Shown here piece after piece: positions 7,481-10,083 of a stretch of DNA of 10,083 nt. The notes under the pieces were generated by a model that worked only from the letters and a program-made list of their open reading frames with translations, was not told the DNA's origin and did no database searches. The position numbers and the translations under genes were made by a program. The stretch covers positions 1 to 10,083 of the forward strand of contig JBLIRP010000113.1 of the NCBI GenBank assembly GCA_049472355.1, given 5' to 3'. The stretch comes from a bacterium. GTDB taxonomy: Bacteria > SZUA-182 > DTGQ01 > JAFGSM01. Within the stretch, counting starts at the first letter, position 1. Every line of letters starts with the position of its first letter.

Positions 7481-7861
7481 TCAATGCAACGTGAAATAGA
7501 GAAGCAGAAGGACAAGGGTGCTTGGTGTAAGGCTCAGCGTTCCCAGCGGGGCGGAACTCGTCACGGTATTCGTGCTTGCCGGTATGGTGATAATGGTGAC
7601 CGCATTCGATGTCCTCGGCAGTGTCAATGATGGAAAAGGCCTGATGGGCGCTGAGAGCGGATACGGCGGGATATACATCGGGAATGGTGCGAACCACGGG
7701 GCATATCCTGCATAAGGTGTATAGAGCGCGGAGGTCGTGAAATAGGGAAACGGAGCTAGGGGGGGCAGGGGTAATGTCTGGGCCGAACACACACCTGAAA
7801 GGCAGATGAAGAAAAACAGGGCTGCAACGACCATTGCCAGCCGGGAACGAGAGTGAAGCAT
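7481..7861 (-). CDS. Secreted Pro/Tyr/Phe-rich hydrophobic protein, R-x-A-A family member (126 aa); paralog of 6951-7343
   Basis: AAGGAGGT-ttgcacc-ATG. Signal peptide ending VCSA|Q. RTSNA at 7601-7615. C-terminal APLGTLSLTPSTLVLLLLYFTL. No Asp, Glu or Lys in the protein. Confidence 0.83.
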   Translation of the reverse strand: MLHSRSRLAMVVAALFFFICLSGVCSAQTLPLPPLAPFPYFTTSALYTPYAGYAPWFAPFPMYIPPYPLSAPIRPFPSLTLPRTSNAVTIITIPASTNTVTSSAPLGTLSLTPSTLVLLLLYFTLH

Positions 7862-7883
7862 GGTGCAAACCTCCTTGTGTTAT

Positions 7884-7995
7884 AAAATTGTCCTGAAACA
7901 CTACTCCAACCTAAACGGGGATTTTAGTTTGGAGATAACCAAGAAATGTTGGGATTTTTAATGTAATGAATCGGTATAAAAAAATTGTCCTAAAA
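7884..7995. repeat. 15-bp direct repeat pair in the leader region
   Basis: AAAATTGTCCTgAAA (7884-7898) and AAAATTGTCCTaAAA (7981-7995); 14/15 identical, 97 bp apart. Confidence 0.6.
7904..7934. other. Hairpin in predicted 5' leader
   Basis: CTCCAA-c-CTAAA (7904-7915), 7-nt loop, TTTAG-t-TTGGAG (7923-7934): 11 bp with one mismatch. Confidence 0.5.
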
Positions 7996-8054
7996 TAATT
8001 AGATAATTATATATGCATAAATAGTAAGACTTTTCAAGGTCGTGTCCTTGTCGT

Positions 8055-8091
8055 AACTGTGAGAATCGCTTGAGAATATTCTCAAGCAGTT
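8055..8091. promoter_or_regulatory. Perfect 20-bp palindrome (operator or RNA hairpin) with an extra half-site
   Basis: GCTTGAGAAT|ATTCTCAAGC at 8068-8087. A further TGAGAAT lies at 8060-8066. Outer arms are AACTG (8055-8059) / CAGTT (8087-8091). Confidence 0.6.
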
Positions 8092-8204
8092 CATACGCCT
8101 GATTTGACTATTTTTTAACCCATAGGTTTTGGGGTTGGTCCGCAATGCTTTTTTTGCTGTTCAAGCGAAACCTATTTATACAAAAATCGTCCATAAAAAA
8201 TATG

Positions 8205-8221
8205 AGCAAATATCATGCCAA
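8205..8221 (-). promoter_or_regulatory. Sigma-54 (RpoN) -24/-12 promoter
   Basis: Minus strand TTGGCATG-ATAT-TTGCT versus consensus YTGGCACG-N4-TTGCW: one mismatch and exact spacing. It is intergenic, points at the downstream cassette and has an AT-rich block upstream. Confidence 0.8.
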
Positions 8222-8480
8222 ATGAATATTTTTGTAATGTTTTTTGATATAAATTTATTGACCCATGAAATATATTTTATTTATTATCTGCTTTTTATAT
8301 GATTTTTTTGTGTTTTGAGGGAAGGGCGCTATATTATTTTCAGAAAAATATTTAATTTATTATTTTAAATATATTCTTTTTGTATATTTTGTTGATAAAT
8401 GCCCATACAATATATGTAATTTTTTGCCACATTTCCCTGTTTTTGCCTTTAATAATTTGCTTTAATTGAGATTACCATGA
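8222..8480. promoter_or_regulatory. Very AT-rich upstream activation region (candidate enhancer-binding protein and IHF sites)
   Basis: Long A/T runs contrast with the GC-rich genes. TGT-N11-ACA at 8415-8431. IHF-like TATTTTGTTGATA at 8385-8397 (one mismatch to YAANNNNTTGATW). Confidence 0.4.
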
Positions 8481-8575
8481 ATGAAAGAGTTTTCACATAG
8501 TGTGAGCGAAATATGTCGGGTAGGTTTCTTGCCTGAGGGTTATGATTGATCGATGATCGTCCGGGGAAGGAGTGA

Positions 8576-10083
8576 TCAGCAGTGCGCCGTGCACTGGAGC
8601 CATTGTGAATAATAGGTATTTAAGGCAATTTCCACATTTCTCAGCGAGTCTTCAACCATGTGGCGAAAATCCTTATCGATTGACTGATACTCCCTGCGCA
8701 ATTCCTTAAGGAATCGATCCTTCGCCGCCTTGAGCTCTCGTATCGTTTTATCCATGTCGAATGACACACAGGTGGTGCGAATCTTCTCTCCATACAGATC
8801 CTTCACCGAACGCGCGTGAATCTTGAAATTGTCCACCGCCAGTATCTCCTGGGTGATCTTAAAAAAGTGGTGTCCCCAAATAGCCATCCTGACCGCCTCA
8901 GGAAACATCCTTCGCTCGATCAATAAGGCCTTCATGAGAAACCGCATGTAGGAGAGGCCATATGGGGTGAAGGTTTGTCTCAGAAGGGACCTCAAAAAGA
9001 TGACAAGCTCTTCGCACCTGACGCGGCGGGAGGAGTTCTGATGGGGCTTCAAATTGTGGAGCAGGGTAAGGCAGCGCTCGAAATAGGATTTGTAGGAATA
9101 GATGTCTGAGATGATATCCTTATATCCACTGATAAGGGTATCATGGTTCATTTTGGGTTCGAAATTGCAGTGCAGGTCGTGGGTATTGTTTCCGGAGGAA
9201 TCGTGCAACAGCCTGCCTTCGCGCTCCAGGCGGCGATAGAGCTGTGTATTGGGCAATGCGTTCAACAGCCCCACCATGGCGAGGGGAATGCCGGCCTCCT
9301 GGATGAATTGTATCTGCCGTTCAAAGATATCCGGCGGATCACTATCAAAGCCCACAATGAATCCCCCGGTTACCTCGATCCCCTTGTGCTGGATCCTTTT
9401 TACACTCTCGATCATGTTGTGTTTTACATTTTGCCGTTTCCCGGCATTGATGAGTGTCTCTTCAACAGGGGTTTCAATGCCGACAAAGACCATATTGAAT
9501 CCGGCGCTGGCCATAAGATCAAGTAATTCATCATCGGCAGCAAGATCAATGGATGCCTCGGTGAAAAACTCAAAGGGATAGTCGCGCTCTTTTTGCCATC
9601 CTGCAATAACGGAAAGAAGACCTTTAACCTGTTTTTTATTGCCGATGAAATTGTCGTCCACAAAAAAGACCGACCCCCTCCATCCCAGATCATACAGGTG
9701 ATCCAATTCCCCTTGTATCTGGGGAATAGTCTTGGTACGGGGTGTTCGACCGAACATCTCGATGATGTCGCAGAATTCACAATTGAATGGGCATCCGCGC
9801 GAGTACTGCAGTGCCATGCTTCCGTACGATTTCATGTTGAGCAATTCAAAGCGAGGCGCCGGGCTCAGGGAGATATCCGGCTTCCTCGTATCGGCATAGA
9901 CCCGCCCTGCCCTTCCCTGTTCCCAATCATGCAAGAATTTAGGGAGGGTCACCTCCGCCTCATTGAGCACAAAATAGTCGATATCCGGGATGTTTTCATG
10001 AAACGATGTGGGGTAGGGGCCTCCCGCTACAACAGGTACGTTAAATCGCTTGCAACGCCGAGTAAGCTCAGCGAGCGAATCCT
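8576..10083 (-). CDS. Cobalamin-binding radical SAM protein, probably DUF4070-type (5'-partial; runs off the right edge)
   Basis: The frame is open to the window end (DSLAELTRRCKRFNVPVVAGGPYPTS...VLNEAE = B12-binding domain motifs). It has SRGCPFNCEFCD (CxxxCxxC), VFFVDDNF, VFVGIET, GGFIVGFDSD and ALPNTQLYRRLEREGRL. Confidence 0.93.
   Translation of the reverse strand, partial: DSLAELTRRCKRFNVPVVAGGPYPTSFHENIPDIDYFVLNEAEVTLPKFLHDWEQGRAGRVYADTRKPDISLSPAPRFELLNMKSYGSMALQYSRGCPFNCEFCDIIEMFGRTPRTKTIPQIQGELDHLYDLGWRGSVFFVDDNFIGNKKQVKGLLSVIAGWQKERDYPFEFFTEASIDLAADDELLDLMASAGFNMVFVGIETPVEETLINAGKRQNVKHNMIESVKRIQHKGIEVTGGFIVGFDSDPPDIFERQIQFIQEAGIPLAMVGLLNALPNTQLYRRLEREGRLLHDSSGNNTHDLHCNFEPKMNHDTLISGYKDIISDIYSYKSYFERCLTLLHNLKPHQNSSRRVRCEELVIFLRSLLRQTFTPYGLSYMRFLMKALLIERRMFPEAVRMAIWGHHFFKITQEILAVDNFKIHARSVKDLYGEKIRTTCVSFDMDKTIRELKAAKDRFLKELRREYQSIDKDFRHMVEDSLRNVEIALNTYYSQWLQCTAHC

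Noticed and set aside
7329..7800. Tat motif (MRR in 7343) or lipobox (LSGVC in 7861)
   Set aside because: RRNCS does not fit RRxFLK, and SGVC does not fit [LVI][ASTVI][GAS]C. SPase I cleavage before Gln fits better.
6417..7901. Alternative minus-strand frames 6417-6842, 6839-7066, 6922-7332 and 7413-7901
   Set aside because: They lack good SD sites and signal peptides. The synonymous-substitution pattern between paralogs supports the chosen frames.
8415..8430. Second sigma-54 site TGGCAAAAAATTAC on the minus strand
   Set aside because: There is no TTGC at the required spacing.
7862..8575. CRISPR array, tRNA, known riboswitch or mobile-element end in the AT-rich intergenic region
   Set aside because: No regularly spaced repeats, cloverleaf, recognisable aptamer motifs, or transposase/integrase gene in the window.
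9143..9780. ORFs 9143-9526 (+), 9249-9581 (+) and 9424-9780 (-)
   Set aside because: Shadows within the radical SAM gene.

Overview
Prokaryotic window, probably from an anaerobic bacterium using sigma-54. Coding DNA is GC-rich, with one very AT-rich intergenic block. The ends hold a partial class I SAM methyltransferase (+, left) and a partial B12-binding radical SAM gene (-, right). Between them are seven minus-strand genes, all with N-terminal signal peptides. Five of these (7481-7861, 6951-7343, 6356-6811, 5408-6217, 1519-2052) look like a paralogous family that I cannot assign to any named family. Their shared plan is a signal peptide ending before Gln, a nearly uncharged Pro/Gly/aromatic-rich region, an R-x-[AGS]-[AN]-[AQ] motif, and then a hydrophobic Thr-rich C-terminal module (or a beta domain in one case). 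Four of them lie between a near-consensus sigma-54 promoter (8205-8221), with a ~330-nt dyad-rich leader, and an intrinsic terminator (5334-5385). The other two exported proteins are a sulfatase-like enzyme with a Thr-type TLPSH active-site motif plus ~15 TPRs, and a choice-of-anchor U-like protein with a GGRCFI box. The best candidate novel system is a sigma-54-controlled cassette of secreted, possibly proteolytically matured hydrophobic envelope or structural proteins.
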